A stretch of 63,759 nt of DNA, the filler included, from Phoronis australis (Eukaryota; Animalia; Phoronida), in the NCBI GenBank assembly GCA_002633005.1. It is 7 parts of 7 records of this genome, joined end to end, with 100 filler letters (N's around TTAATTAATTAA, not from the genome) between each part and the next. Parts side by side here need not be neighbours in the genome. Positions count along the whole stretch, not along the records: positions 1 to 27,993 come from NMRA01000376.1; 6 more parts are not named here. One strand, 5' to 3'. Below, piece by piece: positions 1 through 14,163 of the stretch. The position numbers and the translations under genes are program-made. The notes beneath the pieces are model-generated. The model made no database searches and was not told where the DNA came from. It was given only the letters and a program-made list of their open reading frames with translations. Each line of letters opens with the position of its first letter. Position 1 is the first letter of the stretch.

Positions 1-3000
1 CACGCACGCACATATACACACCTGTACATTTGTAATGGATAAATGAAGAGGGTGAATTTTCCTACTGGAATGTCTAGCAATGACCACCAAGTGACCCGAA
101 CACAATACACATGAAAATAGTTCACATTTTTTAATTTCATCACACAGAGAACAGGACAAAGTGAATGTCTTTCGGTTTGTGCATCTATGGTAAGTCAAGT
201 AGAACCCAGAAAGACTCCAGTCTCCCATAAATTCAATCAAATGACAGGCACCTTTGGCACTAGCAATCATCTGACATACAACTTATTATTAGGCCAAAAA
301 AGGGCTTAACTGGTCCTGATCTTTGTTTTTTTGAAAAAGAAAATCCACCTCAAACAAAAATGATGAGGATTTTTTGTACTTCTTGTTCAGCAACTCGTGT
401 TATTTTAAGCCTTGCTTGCCCTGGCTTACGTGCCTTTTCAAAAAAACACAAAACCTCGGCTGACATTGATACAGGCGGAGGATTTTTTAGTCGGTGAATG
501 CAGGTCTCAAAATAAGTCAGGGTAGAGACCAGAACCGACTTTCTTTTTGTCCTTAGCACTGTGAGAAGAAGGAAACAACTTCCGTGTAATCCAACATCAA
601 TCTTGGTGAACAAGACGCGTTAAATCGAAGACAACTTCTTTCACACAATACATTTGACATCTCACCGTGCAAGCAATTAACAATCAATACTAACCAATAC
701 ATACTACAAGGTGTATCAGTTTATTAAAAATTCATAGCCATGTCACGGATACACCTTCATCAATATTTCACATTTAATTTTTTAATCACTTTGCAAATAT
801 ATTTGTTAGTTTATACAAAACAAAACAACACCGCTCAGAAGTCAAGAAAACTAAGCACAACAGCATATCTGAGCTACACTTTAAAATCATCCTTACTTTA
901 TACCAAGCATCGTCGTTATGATTGGTCAACACTAGAATGGACCATGCCGACATGGGCGTGACGGGAGGCACTGACACTGTCATCCTCACTATGTCCCTCA
1001 GCCCTTCCATGATGGACACAGAGTATAGTAACAGGGTGCACACTCAAGCAAATCTCACCCCATCATGCAAGATAACATAACTGTCCCTGCAGACTCCTAC
1101 CAACAGGGAACTCACTAACAAACATGCCACTAATACATAACATTGCATATCCTGGATACCACACATAGTAAGTGCTGGTCCACTGTCACTGCAGTTAGGA
1201 TATTCCATAACAGTAAAGTAACACAGCAGCCTAATTAAGGAAAATGGTAGCATGCTCCACAGTAATTTTACGTTTACTTGCCTAACAGGCACGTAAATCA
1301 AAAATTTTAGTTGCTCGAAGAAAAAACTTCAAATTCTCGAAAGCCTCCAAGTTGACAATCCAAGTAGATGTTAAAGCAAGTTCTATTGAGTGCCCTGAGA
1401 TCTGGATACACAAATTCACTAGATTCAAATCAACTGCTAGTAGCCCATCCAGCACACTAGTTTAAAATTTTACTAGCCCGTTACCTTTTGTCGGGCTACT
1501 GTTTGTGTCAAGCCCTGGGAAGTTTTCCTTCAGATTACAAGCACTGCTTTGCACAGAGCACAACACAGGAGATTGTAACTGTTGTGAACTCCTTTGAACC
1601 TCGGTGAGTATAAGTCATAACTAGTCAAGTCATAAATAGTCAAGTCAAAATATTAACTAATAACTTAATTGTGACTAACTTGACAAAGCACACTCGCGGT
1701 TTCAACAGCGACAACATTCAAATCAAATCTTCATCCTACAAGACCAATAGACTTCACTCCTGAACTGTAAAGTTAAAAGAAGCGAGGACAAATTTAAAAT
1801 AATTCTGCTCTTTGGACTGGCTTCGATAGATTATAGAAGAACAATGTGAAACACGAGATCCATGAACAGTGGATCACACAATATTTTACCTGTTGATAAA
1901 GCTGATAAATACTGGCCAACACAGGTATATTGCCCATGGCGGTTAAACTGAAGCAGCTAAGATCACATAGGTGTACAGGCCAGCATTCATTATCCACTCT
2001 CACTACATTCCTAGGTAATTAATAATTCAAGGAGTAGAAACAGTTTTGTAGCAGTTTTTAGCGAGCCTGATACCAAATTTAATCGTAGCTTGCTTTCCCC
2101 CTCTCGATAACCAAGGTAAGACAGATGATGAACAAGGCAGCTGCATCACTTATTTGAGTCCTTCACAAGAATGTCTTCAATAAGACATACACTACATATT
2201 TGTTAAGTGACCTCCAAACCTACACAAAAGGCAACTTTTTTCACTTTGGCAAAATGACAATGACTGGTTCTTGCTGCTCAATTTTTACCAGATAACACAT
2301 ATCTGATCACATTCAGAAGGGACAATCTTTTAATCATTCAAGCGCACAAGGACAACAATAGAACATTCCTTTCATAACTATCAAGATATGTTTAACAAAT
2401 ATGAATGCCAGATAACTTTAGAATATCAACCATCGCAACATTGTTCCAGCTGAGTCAGCTAATGGCAACAAAATTACAAAATGCCATCCAAGATATACAA
2501 CAGGCCAGACAAAATACATGAAAGTGGACATAGTCTAAACTAGTCTACCCACCTAGACCTCAGGAACGAAATATCTAATCCAAGCCATATACGTACACAA
2601 TAAAATAACCTCTCAGCCTTGTATGACATGCCTACCTTTGTTAGAACCCTTCCCCTGGGTCACAGAGTCCCTCGCTATATATTAATTAATTATGTAATAC
2701 CAATGAAGTGGTAAAAAAACACCCCTTACCATCTATGTAAAATGTCCACCACAATATCATCAAACCAAACTGGCATAAAATTTCAACGTATTACTAAATT
2801 GCTATTACATACAAACCTTCAACAATCCAGAGAAAACCAAATTCTATTTCTCATGAACGACAAATAGAATGACAACAATAATCCAATCAAACGGGAAGGG
2901 AATTGATAGGTTTTTATTGCCCATCAACACTGTATTGATTTCTCATTTCACACATCGACATGAAACGCGCAACAGGTGTACAAAATTGCTTTCATCTCAC

Positions 3001-4819
3001 CATATGAAATGGAATCAGTGGAACTATGTTAACACCCATTCCTTCAACTAGACTGTTTAGCTGGCCAAGTCATTCAGTCTCATCTCCAGATGAACCAGTG
3101 CTTCTAATAGTCCCTCTCACAAGCACATGAAGAGAACAATAGATGGCGCCACTATGGCAGGTCTACCAGACCAGATTTTAATTCCGACTATGGCAATACT
3201 TTTCTACTAGGACTTTTAGAGTTAGATTGCGCGTGATCATCCTAGCCTGACTATTGAAGTGGGACACGTGCCTATTTCAATGGTGAGTGCTGTTTTGATT
3301 TTTGCAATTGTTGGAAAAGAGCTGAGTTACGTAAATACTTTTTGAATTGTATTGTATTGTATTAGAGTTTAATTCAAGGGCAATATTTTGGCAAGTGAAA
3401 CCGTATCTAACCTGTATTAGTTTAGTTTCAAATTGCACATATTTGAGACTGTCAATTCAGAGTATGTTCAGTGAGTTGATGTTCCTATTCAGTATATCAG
3501 AAAATAGACTACATGTCTTTCCTGGAAGCACAACAAGATTTTGAAAGCTCAAGATCTCTTGCCATATTATGTTAACGTTGCTACCACATTATGCTCACAC
3601 TTCACAATTGCCGAAAAAAAAAACAGCTAAGCCAAGTAATTATAAACACAACGCAGTCTAGAAATAATTTCTATAAATTATTTCAGTAACTAGCATTTTA
3701 AGTGTATATTCTCAAACACTTTGAAATTTTGCTCAAGTCAGATTTAATTGTTTTTCAGAAACAGTTATGTAGAACGTAAGATCAAATTTCCGGTTTAAGT
3801 CTTAAATCACTTTTCATAAAACAGACCCCTGGTGTTAAAAACATGGACTTTCTTCAAAATCGTTTCTAAGGAACGTGGCCGCATTGTTAACCTAAGTTTG
3901 AATAGAATTCAGTGGCAACGAATGTCATGAATTTGTCCTAACAGTCATACCATCTTAGTGACTGAAGCTAGCCAGCAACTTAAATGGACCTCATCTGAAG
4001 TAATAGCACAGTCTATTTTTTCTGGCATAGTTGACAAAGTTAGTTTTTGACTGAAGTCATGAATTCATAGTCTCCTTAACTGTACACAGTTTGCAGACTT
4101 ATAGCGACATCTATCCATACAGAACCACAGTAACTTTCAACATTGTGAGCAACCAAAACAGAATGTGAAAATCTGCTATGACGGATAAGACAAAGCTGTG
4201 AAAAAGTGGCAAGAAAACCTCCAGTCATGACCAGCAAATGCTTAAAATGAGTCAAAATTATCTAACACTTGACTCAAGTTGATTAACCTAATATGTGGCA
4301 TTTAATATGCTTGTGTAGTCATAGCTGAAGGCTTAGACAGAACCAATATGTTTTATTAACCACAGAACGACACTGTGAACAGTCAAAGGCGCTCCATATT
4401 ACGTACATACAAAATGAATCCCCAAGCGGTGCACAACCATATCAGGCAGGGTACGTTGCAGTTTTTAATTGCTGAATCAGACAGACATTTTGTTCATTGG
4501 GTAACAACACTACAATCCTTTATCATGTTATTTATTTCAAACTTGTTAACATGAACCGGCAAAGCAGCAGACGACCTACCACTTATCGTAGAGAGACCGC
4601 AATAATGTTAAAAGTGGAACTGTCACTGTTAGCATTCACTGCCATGGTAACAAACTGACAAAAGGCACTGAATAGCACCTTGTGCTTAAACAGAAGTTAT
4701 TACTTCAAAACAAAAAATTGTGACCCAAAGAACGGGAATGCTACACACAAATTGTGAACCCTAGGTCAGAGATGCAAAAAATGGACAACAATCGACAGTT
4801 ATTGAAGTATAGTACTCAC

Positions 4820-7800
4820 CATGCTTTTTATTTTCTCCACTGGGGTTTTGGGTTCCTTCTGTTCAGGTGGTTCCGAGGTCGCCCGTGGACTGTCGGTGAC
4901 GTCTCGACAGACGGGAGGGCTTGGTGCCGCAGGTTCACTCAAAGCCCGTGGTAATGAGCGTGGAGATTCGGTGGAGAATGTAGGCTGAGATCTATTCTCT
5001 TCCACTGACTGTGTTTGTGACTCACTGTCGACAATGGCTGAATTTGCATCTTTAGTACTCGACATACTATTGGTGGAAGAGCTTGAGGCAACACCGAGAC
5101 TCGAACTGGATTGGCTCGATGGCAGATCAGTAGTTGGAGCGTCATCAGGATTGATTGTGTAGTCACGATTGACGATCTCTACGTCCTTCTCTGGGTAACT
5201 AGGCGCTGTTGACTTAGCACCCTGAGGTTCATTGACAGGCCAAGCTGCATCTGAGGCTGCATCACTTTTACTTGCTTGCTGTCGGTAGCGTTTCTTGAGA
5301 ACAAGAATTTTCTCCCCCTGAAAGATTAAAATTTGAAAGAATTAGTCCAATCTCATCTGCATCTCTTAAGGAGATACCATAACCATTCATGGTAAATGCA
5401 CACATTTGGCTAATGGGCATCCCTGAATTTCAAGACATTTCACGTGTAAGCAAAATTATTCTATTTCTTGCACTCTAACAACCATCCCAAGATTTTTCAG
5501 TTTCTCAATATAAGTATCCTGTCTACTGTATAAACTTCTCTTCGCTTCTACTTCAAATGATCACAATGCTTACCAAGTACTTCAAAATAACATTTATTTC
5601 CTAAACTTATACATAACATGACAGCGCACACCAAAAATTAGTTAATGATGCTAGTTTACATCCAATACCTCAGTGCAACAAATCTTCACACAGCCATCAT
5701 TAGACAGGGCCCTCCATATGCTCATTTTGGAGCTGAATGTCAGCCTCATTCCTCTTCTAAAAACATTTAGAAATCACACCTAATTCCCCTCGTCAGGCAC
5801 AAAAACTCCCTCCAATCATCAAAAAAAATTCCCTTTAAGTTAGAATCTCCACTGTAAACTGTTGGTTTTGGCAACTTGAGGCATTGCTGAAAAGAGGGAG
5901 GTGATCAGGGGGTGTAATTTAGAACTGGTAGTGACCGGGCAAGGGACTTTCCCCTCAAGCAATAGTCTCCCCTTAGAGGGCGCAGGCACCTTTCCCCTCA
6001 GGTGAATGAAGGCCCTGTTAGAACACAGGCATTCTTGTTACTTACATCTTCAGTTTTGATGGCAGATAACAGGTTGACGAAGTCTTTGAACTTTTCTCTG
6101 TTCTCAGCTAAAAATGTAAGTGAATTCATTTGATCCTGCATAGTAACAGAGTCTAAACAGAAATTTAGACAGAAACTTATGACTGGTTGAAAGCATACAT
6201 TTAAGACTCCATGTAAAAATACATCATTAAGTTAAGTGAAACAGGACCCTGGTCTCAGGTTATGAAGGACTTTATCAACAGGTCTGCATTTAGTCTAACA
6301 TCATTAGAATTGTCTTTAACTTAGTAAAAGTATAGTCTGAAAGTTAAAAGCCGGCCTGTAGAATTTGATTTTTGATTTTATACCAGTCTGTCATTAATTG
6401 GGCCATGTGACCATGCATTTTCAGTAAAATTTAAGCAAACAAGACAGGTACATTGAAAGAAAACAACGGTATTAACACGGGTAAATTTCATTTCATATTA
6501 ATGTTCAGGATAGCATCTCAAAAATGATGTTAGTTTTTTGCAAACTTTGAGTTTTCATATAAAAGTCCTATGTTTGGATAACCCCTCATGCAAAACTGGA
6601 ACATTTATATTAAAAAACTATTCTTAACAGCATTTTGGTCAACAGTACATAAAGTATGGTATCTGAAAGTTTCGTATGTATCCAATCAGCCATTTGTGAT
6701 ATAGGATGATCCAAAGTGTGCCAAACTTGGACATTTTCCAAGGGACCTACATAAGCTTAGAGATTCTTATTTACACCTATCTCAGTTTACACTATTAGTT
6801 CTTAGCCAAAAGAGTATATCTCAATAAGTTAAAACACTCTGTTTAGGTAAGTTGACACTGTATATGTAACACTCAATAACAATCTGTTGGTAATTTGAGA
6901 TATGAGCCAGCAGGAAATGCAGGTGTTCTATGCTGCTACTACCACAAAGATTGTGTTAAGGTTCAAATGAAGTGGCATGCAAGACATTTTGATGAAAGTT
7001 TTATGGTAAAATCTTACCAATTTAGGGTACAATATGGCAGACAAGTGGAATTTTATTTTCTAATTTCTCCATAACAGATATGTAGTATTTAATTCATCCT
7101 TTACCATGTTCAAGTTCTTTGCCACTGCTACCATCAGACAATACTTTGAAAAAATGTGAGCATTCACTGAAATGTTCGAATACCTTGCACAATGGAAAAA
7201 AGTAATTTTGGCTCTTATCTGTGTCCAGAACAGGCAAGATTTTACTGAAATTTTAAATTAAAAAAAAAAACTTAGCCTGCAACATTGTGAACCTGGACTA
7301 TTAACAGTAAGATCTTTCAGACTGCAGCCTTTGTTGCCTTGATAAGATCTGAACTGTGTGTGTTTGAATAGCTTTCTTCCAAATTGATATTAAGGTAAGG
7401 TTTTGTTTAAATTATATTGTTACTTCAGAAGTACTTCAGGGGATTTCAGCTACTGTGTAACTTCCTCAATTTGCAACGCTGCTGCCGTTTTTCAAATATG
7501 GGACACCTGTCAGATGGTACAAATAGTTTGAGTTTAAGGAGGTGACATCTAACCTAAGCATGACAAGGACATGCAACTCAGCCTCAAGAATTTTCCATGA
7601 GAATGATTTCCTAAATCTACAGTGTTTCCATTTACTGGTAAATACCGGTATTTTAAGGGAATTTTTCAGTCGAACCGGAATTTGAAACTTATCTACACAC
7701 AAGCCAATTAAATCTTGAAACTTTTTGGGCATTCGTTTCCCCTAAAACAAACAACCGTTGAACCAGAGTCGCCCTTGTCACCCACGAAATTTGAAACTGA

Positions 7801-10800
7801 AGTACACTGACTTGAAGTTCAAAGGATTTGCCATAACGGTAAGGCTAGTTGCCAAAGCGAGAGTTGAATCAGCACTCTCTAACCGGCATGTGTATTGGAG
7901 TACCTAAGTATGGAATTTGAAATAGAAAATATGTGTTGAAAAGACAGATCTGATGTAAAAATGTCATCAAAGGAGTTGAAGATGCAAACCAAAAAAATGT
8001 AAACGCAAACTATCTCCATCTGTTCGTGTTGTTCAAATTTTACCATCTGACACAGCGCCACCTATACTGAAAAGTGGCCCTGTGGAAACATGATGAACGA
8101 CACACGGAATACTATGTGTGGGCATCAATGCGCTTGGTCGGAAGTTTATTGATCACATCGCCACCACTTGCACACTCCTTCTATGTGCACTGTACTTGCT
8201 TGGGCTTAAGCCACGGGATCGGGTTACATTGATTTTGTTTATTTCAATCACTGTCCGTTTTCATAAATTACAACTATTCAAGTCAAAGATGGTCGGCATA
8301 CTACATAACAGTGAACTGAAAGGGGTTTCCCAGATTTCAACCTATGGGAGTGACTGAATTTTATGACGTCAGTTTCATTACTTTAACCAATAATAAGCCA
8401 TGACAAACAACATTCCATCTTTCGTAGCACTGTGAAAGAGTGTATTAAAATTTTTGCAACTACACCGACTGAAAAAACTTCCTGTCAAAAAACTTCCGTG
8501 AGACATTGTTTGCCTAGACCAAATGACGAATGATGCGCAAGAATGACACAGTGCAAATTCCGCAAGATAAAATTGTGTGTCTAATGTTGGTTACTTATTC
8601 AATAACTATTTTTGCATGATATAAAAGGGTTTTCAGTGCGGAATTCCATTATTGGGTGATTCAAGTTTGCTCCTTTGGCACTTTGGTACGTAGATAAAAT
8701 AGATCAGCCACAAACACGTGATCCCCACATGTGCTTGCTTCGTACTGAATGACACGCCATATATGAAAAAATAGGTCAACCACAAATATGTCGTGTGTAG
8801 AGCTTCCGTTTCGAATGTGAGTATGGCTGGGATTTGGATCTTAAAACTACGAGAAAAGAATGGTTATTTTGAAGAATAAATTTCTTGTGTAATATTGAAA
8901 GGTTGTGGTGGACTTAGGACCTGGTTACGGTAAATTTCAACAATGCTGCCATTTTTAATCCATTACAAAATATGCTAACAACACGATGTCCCCGGTAACC
9001 AATGCCACTGGTGATGACTGTAACTCCTCTAGAATCGAAATTGCACATGAAAAGCTCAAAAAAACTAGTAGAAGAAATAGAAATACACTGTAATGTGCAC
9101 CATCTGATATAGGTCATACGTTGTTGCTTCAATTTTCATCTAAGAAAGTCAACTTAAATTTAAATGACAGGCTGTTTTCTTCAGGGAGCAGAATTTAATC
9201 AACCAATTGGTCCTCTGCATCAGCCTTTCAAAAACCCAGCAGTGGCACCAAATCTATGTATTAATTTCAGGCATTTTGAAACTCACTTGCAATTATTCTG
9301 GATGTACAGTCATGCACAAACCAAAAAGCACGTGGCGGGTTTATAGTCAACTACATAAGGCCATTACAGACATCGTCCAAACTGAAAATTCCATTACAGT
9401 TAGAAATTAGAAGTTCAATGTCTCAAATTTTAGAGGCTACCCCAGACTGAAGAATTTTCACCATAGTGTACCTCATTTTATCAATCAAAAAGTATATCAG
9501 TTGAGCAATCTCATTACAGCATTATTGGTCATCACCCCTATATGTTGTTGACGCTAAAACGCCTTTAGAATCCACAGACATAGCTTTGGTGCCGATTTGG
9601 GTAAAAAAATAACCAAATAAAATCTGACACAAAATTAGTGTCATTAAAAACTACACTCTTCCTTGAGTGAACTAAGGACGAGGCAGTGTGGCCTGGTTGA
9701 TAAGTGCCGTGCCCGCTTACTTTACTTGAGGTCGTGGGTTCGAGTCCCACCAGGTTACACTGCTAAACCCTTGAGCCAGGTTTCTAGCTCCTCAGCTCGG
9801 TTTTAATGATATACTAATAAAGCACAAAAATATTTCCAGGTGATCAGTGCAATGGGCCCACATGCGAGGCCTGCGCACGTCTGGCACAACGTGTATCAGA
9901 CCGCCTGCAATTAATTATTTTTTTATGAGTGAACTAAATTATTAAGCGGTGTTGGAAAAATTGGCATTCCAACATTATTCTGTTGCTTAAAGTGTGGTGC
10001 AATCTTTTATGTTGGCCATCAGCGCCATGAAATATTACGTCACCTATTGGCTAGTTTCTTTTTCCCCGATTTTTTCTATCAACTGTTCTTCTCTTCCACC
10101 AGGTTACGTACATGTCACAACAAATTATTGGAACTGGTTTTATTTCGTTATAAGTTTTTAATATTTTAATACCAGTAACCTGAATTTCAGAACAAATTTT
10201 GCTACTGTGAAGCTGTCATCATCTCTCGAGAGATGTCGCAAACTTTTATGACATGGCGTGTGCGTGTCACAAGCTTACTGTTTTCAAAACGACGACAGAC
10301 TTTTCTTTGTTACAAAAGTTGGATACTTATGCAAGAAAATTACGTTAATTATATTGTTTTTCACTTAAACAGCTGCAATGGGCAAGTTGAGTGTCGGTTG
10401 ACTACCAAATTTTGCATGCACCCACGCCGGACATTAGCTCTAAATGTTGATATAAGTTTCAGGATGAAATGACAAGCAAAACTATCCAGGCTTTATGAAA
10501 TTTCGAGCTCTAATGGAGCTCAACACACAGAGGTACCTAGCTGTATTTTGATGATAGTCTTCATACAGCTATCTGGCTGGCTACCACACTGTACCACAGA
10601 CAATGTATTGCCTAATATTTGCCATGATTGGGTCACAATACTTTGGATTTATGCATTTTAAAAATATAAAATTCAGCGCCATGTATATTTATGTAACAAT
10701 GGGTTTGCAATGTTCCTGCTTTCCACACAATTAACAATTCAGTATTCAGGAAGTTAACTAGGAAGTTGAAATGAATGACAACTCAGTGAAAACAACAACA

Positions 10801-10991
10801 CAAACGGCGATCATCTTAATCCTTTACAATGTAGTTATCAAAAATACCACACGCCACGTACTTCTCCTCTTAGGGTGGTTCAGATATTTCTTGAAGTGCG
10901 TCACGAGTTGATGATTTTTGACCTTCCCTCCACTTTCAAGCATAAATATTCGTACATCTTCAAGAGTGAAGGTGCTGTCATCATCCGCCAT
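4820..10991 (-). CDS. SOWAH: Sowah/sosondowah ankyrin-repeat protein, 5' coding exons (3' part lies beyond the left edge or was not recognised)
   Basis: Exons 10991-10862, 6107-6046 and 5317-4820 have GT-AG junctions with compatible phases. They splice to MADDDSTFTLEDVRIFMLESGGKVKNHQLVTHFKKYLNHPKRRTENREKFKDFVNLLSAIKTEDGEKILVLKKRYR, matching the SOWAH N-terminal signature (GGxVxN..HFK..L..P..REkFK.FVN....K.vvLKkrY), followed by a S/P-rich region. Confidence 0.85.
5705..6017. mobile_element. MITE, hAT5-like (CAGGG termini, 5-bp TSD)
   Basis: Termini CAGGGCC...GGCCCTG flanked by TTAGA direct repeats. Related sequence at ~15470-15760 and ~58551-58797. Confidence 0.55.
9676..9925 (+). mobile_element. 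Full-length tRNA-derived SINE
   Basis: A-box-like TGGCCTGGTTGA, B box GGTTCGAGTCCC, T-rich tail and 12-bp TSD TGAGTGAACTAA (9664-9675 and 9926-9937). Confidence 0.85.
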
Positions 10992-10994
10992 ATT

Positions 10995-11180
10995 TGTTAT
11001 TTCCGGAAAGATATATAATTTCGAATATTTCTATAAATCTCGTAATTGAAATATTACAAAATTTAAACATTGATATTGCCTGATTTTGGATAAAATGAAT
11101 AAAATCCATTGAATTCTGTGGGAATTTAACTACTTTTATCATTCGATTGACCAACTTTTCTACCGCGCATGCGCTGTATT
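10995..11180. promoter_or_regulatory. Putative (bidirectional) promoter upstream of Sowah
   Basis: ETS-like TTCCGGAA at ~11001 and NRF1-type palindrome GCGCATGCGC at 11165-11174, just upstream of the Sowah ATG and between divergent genes. Confidence 0.45.
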
Positions 11181-14163
11181 TAAAAACACGGCATTCATTC
11201 CAGAAGAGAAGAAGTGACAACTTGATCATGTTTCTTGTCAACAATTTTAAGTTATGAGGTGGTAAACAGAAAGGTAATTGTGGCTTTTTGTTTTATGGCC
11301 GTTGTCATGTTATGGTTACCGCTTTTGCACGGCTACGTAATGGTATTGGTAGAAATGTTTGTGATTGAAGCCGAGAACTGGGTTCAGAAAAATATGTCAC
11401 ATTGTCACAGAGACAGTGACTGAGTGACTGTGAGAGAGAGATACAGAAACAGAGAAATGTCAAACTGAGAGATATATGTTAGACTATAGTTATACACGTA
11501 ACCCTTCTGTAAATAGCAGGGAAGAGTAGACGAACAGTAGCCTATCACCGTCTGAACTGGGCCAATGAAGCTACCAGCCTGGCACACCGGAAACTTTTCA
11601 ACAAGTTATGGCTTATGCCTCACACTGTCTAGACTAATTAAAAAGTCACGTTGCTTTAAGTAGGCCTATTTGAGCATAGGACATCTTAGGTTAGCAGAAG
11701 CAGGTTCTCAAATTTGGGGAATTTCTTGCGATCGACTGAATTGGCAGAATGAATTTAACAACTTGTTTAGGGGAACAGGTATTCAGTCTGGAAAATTCAA
11801 GTTTGACATCATTGAACAGTGTGCGAAAAATTACTAGGATTGACTCAGTGTTCTCCACAAACCTGTTTTGACTTAACACGGTAACGAGTTTGGATTTTGT
11901 GGCGTCGAGTTTGGGGAAAGCGCGTCGAATTTGGGGAAAGCGCGTCAATTTTAGAAATTGTCACTCCAGATTTAAAACCTTGGCTGACTTGGTACTGCAG
12001 CCCTCAGCATGTAATCAGAGCCTGAATTTACCAACAGTAAACACATAGTTCACTTTAGTAAGAGGCAGTTAAACAACATCGTATTCGCCGTATTAAAGCG
12101 CCAGGGCGGGGGTGCTTATTGTCACCCAAGGCGGTTGATACCCGGTCTCCGAAACAGGTGAAATCGGGAGCTAGGATTCATCAAATTTACGCTATGTGAT
12201 GTATCTGTAGCTTGTGACAGGCTTTCAATAAAACAACATAACTGTGGCGCATTGCTATCAAACTTCATCATTGCTAAATTACGATCATTCTACAGAAAAT
12301 TGTCCCGAAATCCCAGAGCGAAAACTAGCTGACTTTTTGCGTTGCTGCCTAGCGATCGTCGATAGGGCTGCTTGAATAAAAATATAGTTTTGACTCAACA
12401 AATTACCTGAAATCCTCACTTAGTTTTCCAAATAGCGTCCCTAGGATTTTAAGTTCCTGTGGAGTCGGTATTATGAACGAGATAGGGTTAAATCTGCGCA
12501 AGATTGTATCCAGCAACGTGAGAAAAATCTCTGGGCGAACAGACATGTCGTAGTCACGTGCGTGTCATCAGCGTTCATTTGTGGGGGGTATGCATTGTAA
12601 CTAAAATAACACAAGCAGCATCACGAGAACGCGATTTATTTATCACTTGCTGATCACATCTACTATTAAAATGTGCGAGAATTGTCTCTGTAGGGCCTAA
12701 GGCTGAATGTCATTGAGTCGCCGGGTGACTGGATGTGTGACAGTCTGAGTTATTTTCCGGGAGATTCGGGGGCGGAGGTGTCCACTATTAATGGGGCATT
12801 TTATCAGGTAGTTTACTTTACAAACACCAATTATGAATACATTGAAAAAGTGATTAATAAGGCAATCTCTCCAACACAACAGTTTTTACGGCATTAGAAA
12901 CTTTCTGAAATTGGTGCCCGATATTTATTTCTTGCCGATATGGCTACCTGGCGTAGTTTCATCTATAGATCCCGGAGACTAATGTCTGCGAAGTCAAGTG
13001 ACAGGTATGTAGTGCAAGCTTCCTGGCCACGTGCTTTTAACAGCAAGATTTTTTATTAGTGAGACAGTCATCAGTGGTTTTCACTTGTAGGCCCTACAGA
13101 CTGTTAAAAAGTAGGTCACACCTGACCAGTTCAATGTACATTTTTGAAACCTATATAAATACCTCCAACGGATGTTTTAACATCTCCGCTAGTCAACACT
13201 ATAGTATTGAATACTGATACTGAACTCTAGAAATTTGCGTCGAGTTTGCAATCGGTATTGTGGAGAACATTGTGACTGCGGGAATTCAAAATTGACTTGG
13301 TCACTTCAGTAACCTACTACAGTAATACATTACTGTACAATAAACCAAGTAACAACAAAACTCTCAGAATGTCCTTTTTAATGATAAATTTACAGTTGAC
13401 CAAATCAACTTTTCTGGGAATTACAAAAATTAATTTTCAAGTATGTGAATGCAAATTCTCCTGATCGGGAGATTTATGCATCTTCAAGCCTGTGAAATTC
13501 TGATATGGTGAAGTTATCCCTATGCAGTGGAATTCTCGTGATTTGAGAATCTGGTGCCAGTTGAACAAATCACCTGCAAGCAACATTTTTTCAAGCAGAT
13601 CTTAATTCCATCAGATAAATCACGAACTAGTCATTTTTCCAGTGCTCTCATCAGTGCATATGTCAACATGACCTCAATCTTTTTACCAGGCTGAAGGTCA
13701 GAGTTGGCGATCCTGTCAATCAAATGTTGATTTCCAAATGTCAACAATGTCTTTGGCATGTCTGAGGCTGTCACTTGCTGTTACTTCATGATATTTCAAA
13801 CAAGTTGCAAATAATGGCAGTGTTGCGATGATTTTTGTGCTCAGCTGTTCTACTGTAGGAATGATGAAATTGTTCTGAAAGTGTAATCTTTGAGTGGCAC
13901 CTTGGGGTAACAATAAGTCTCGCATGAGAGCTTGAGCTTTCAATCGCATGTGCTCTTCCCAATTGCTTCTCAGTTTGATAGTGGGAGGTGTTAACCTGGA
14001 CAGATTCAGTGCAGTTCCATATTACACTGTCTGAGTTGTCACCATTTTACTTTACAGTCATCTATTTCAGAATGGGGCCTTTACACTGTTTAGTAATGCC
14101 CAAATCTACATCTAGTTGCTTGCAATACGAGGTGTTGTAGTGTACCAGTTTTGAAGTGCCACG

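Noticed and set aside
9676-9755. tRNA-like sequence
   Set aside because: It does not fold into a clean cloverleaf and continues into a SINE body with a TSD, so it is called a SINE.
13500-14040. Minus-strand coding-looking stretch (77-aa ORF) between Sowah and RPGRIP1L
   Set aside because: Multiple stops and no recognisable domain. Possibly a decayed TE, but it cannot be supported.
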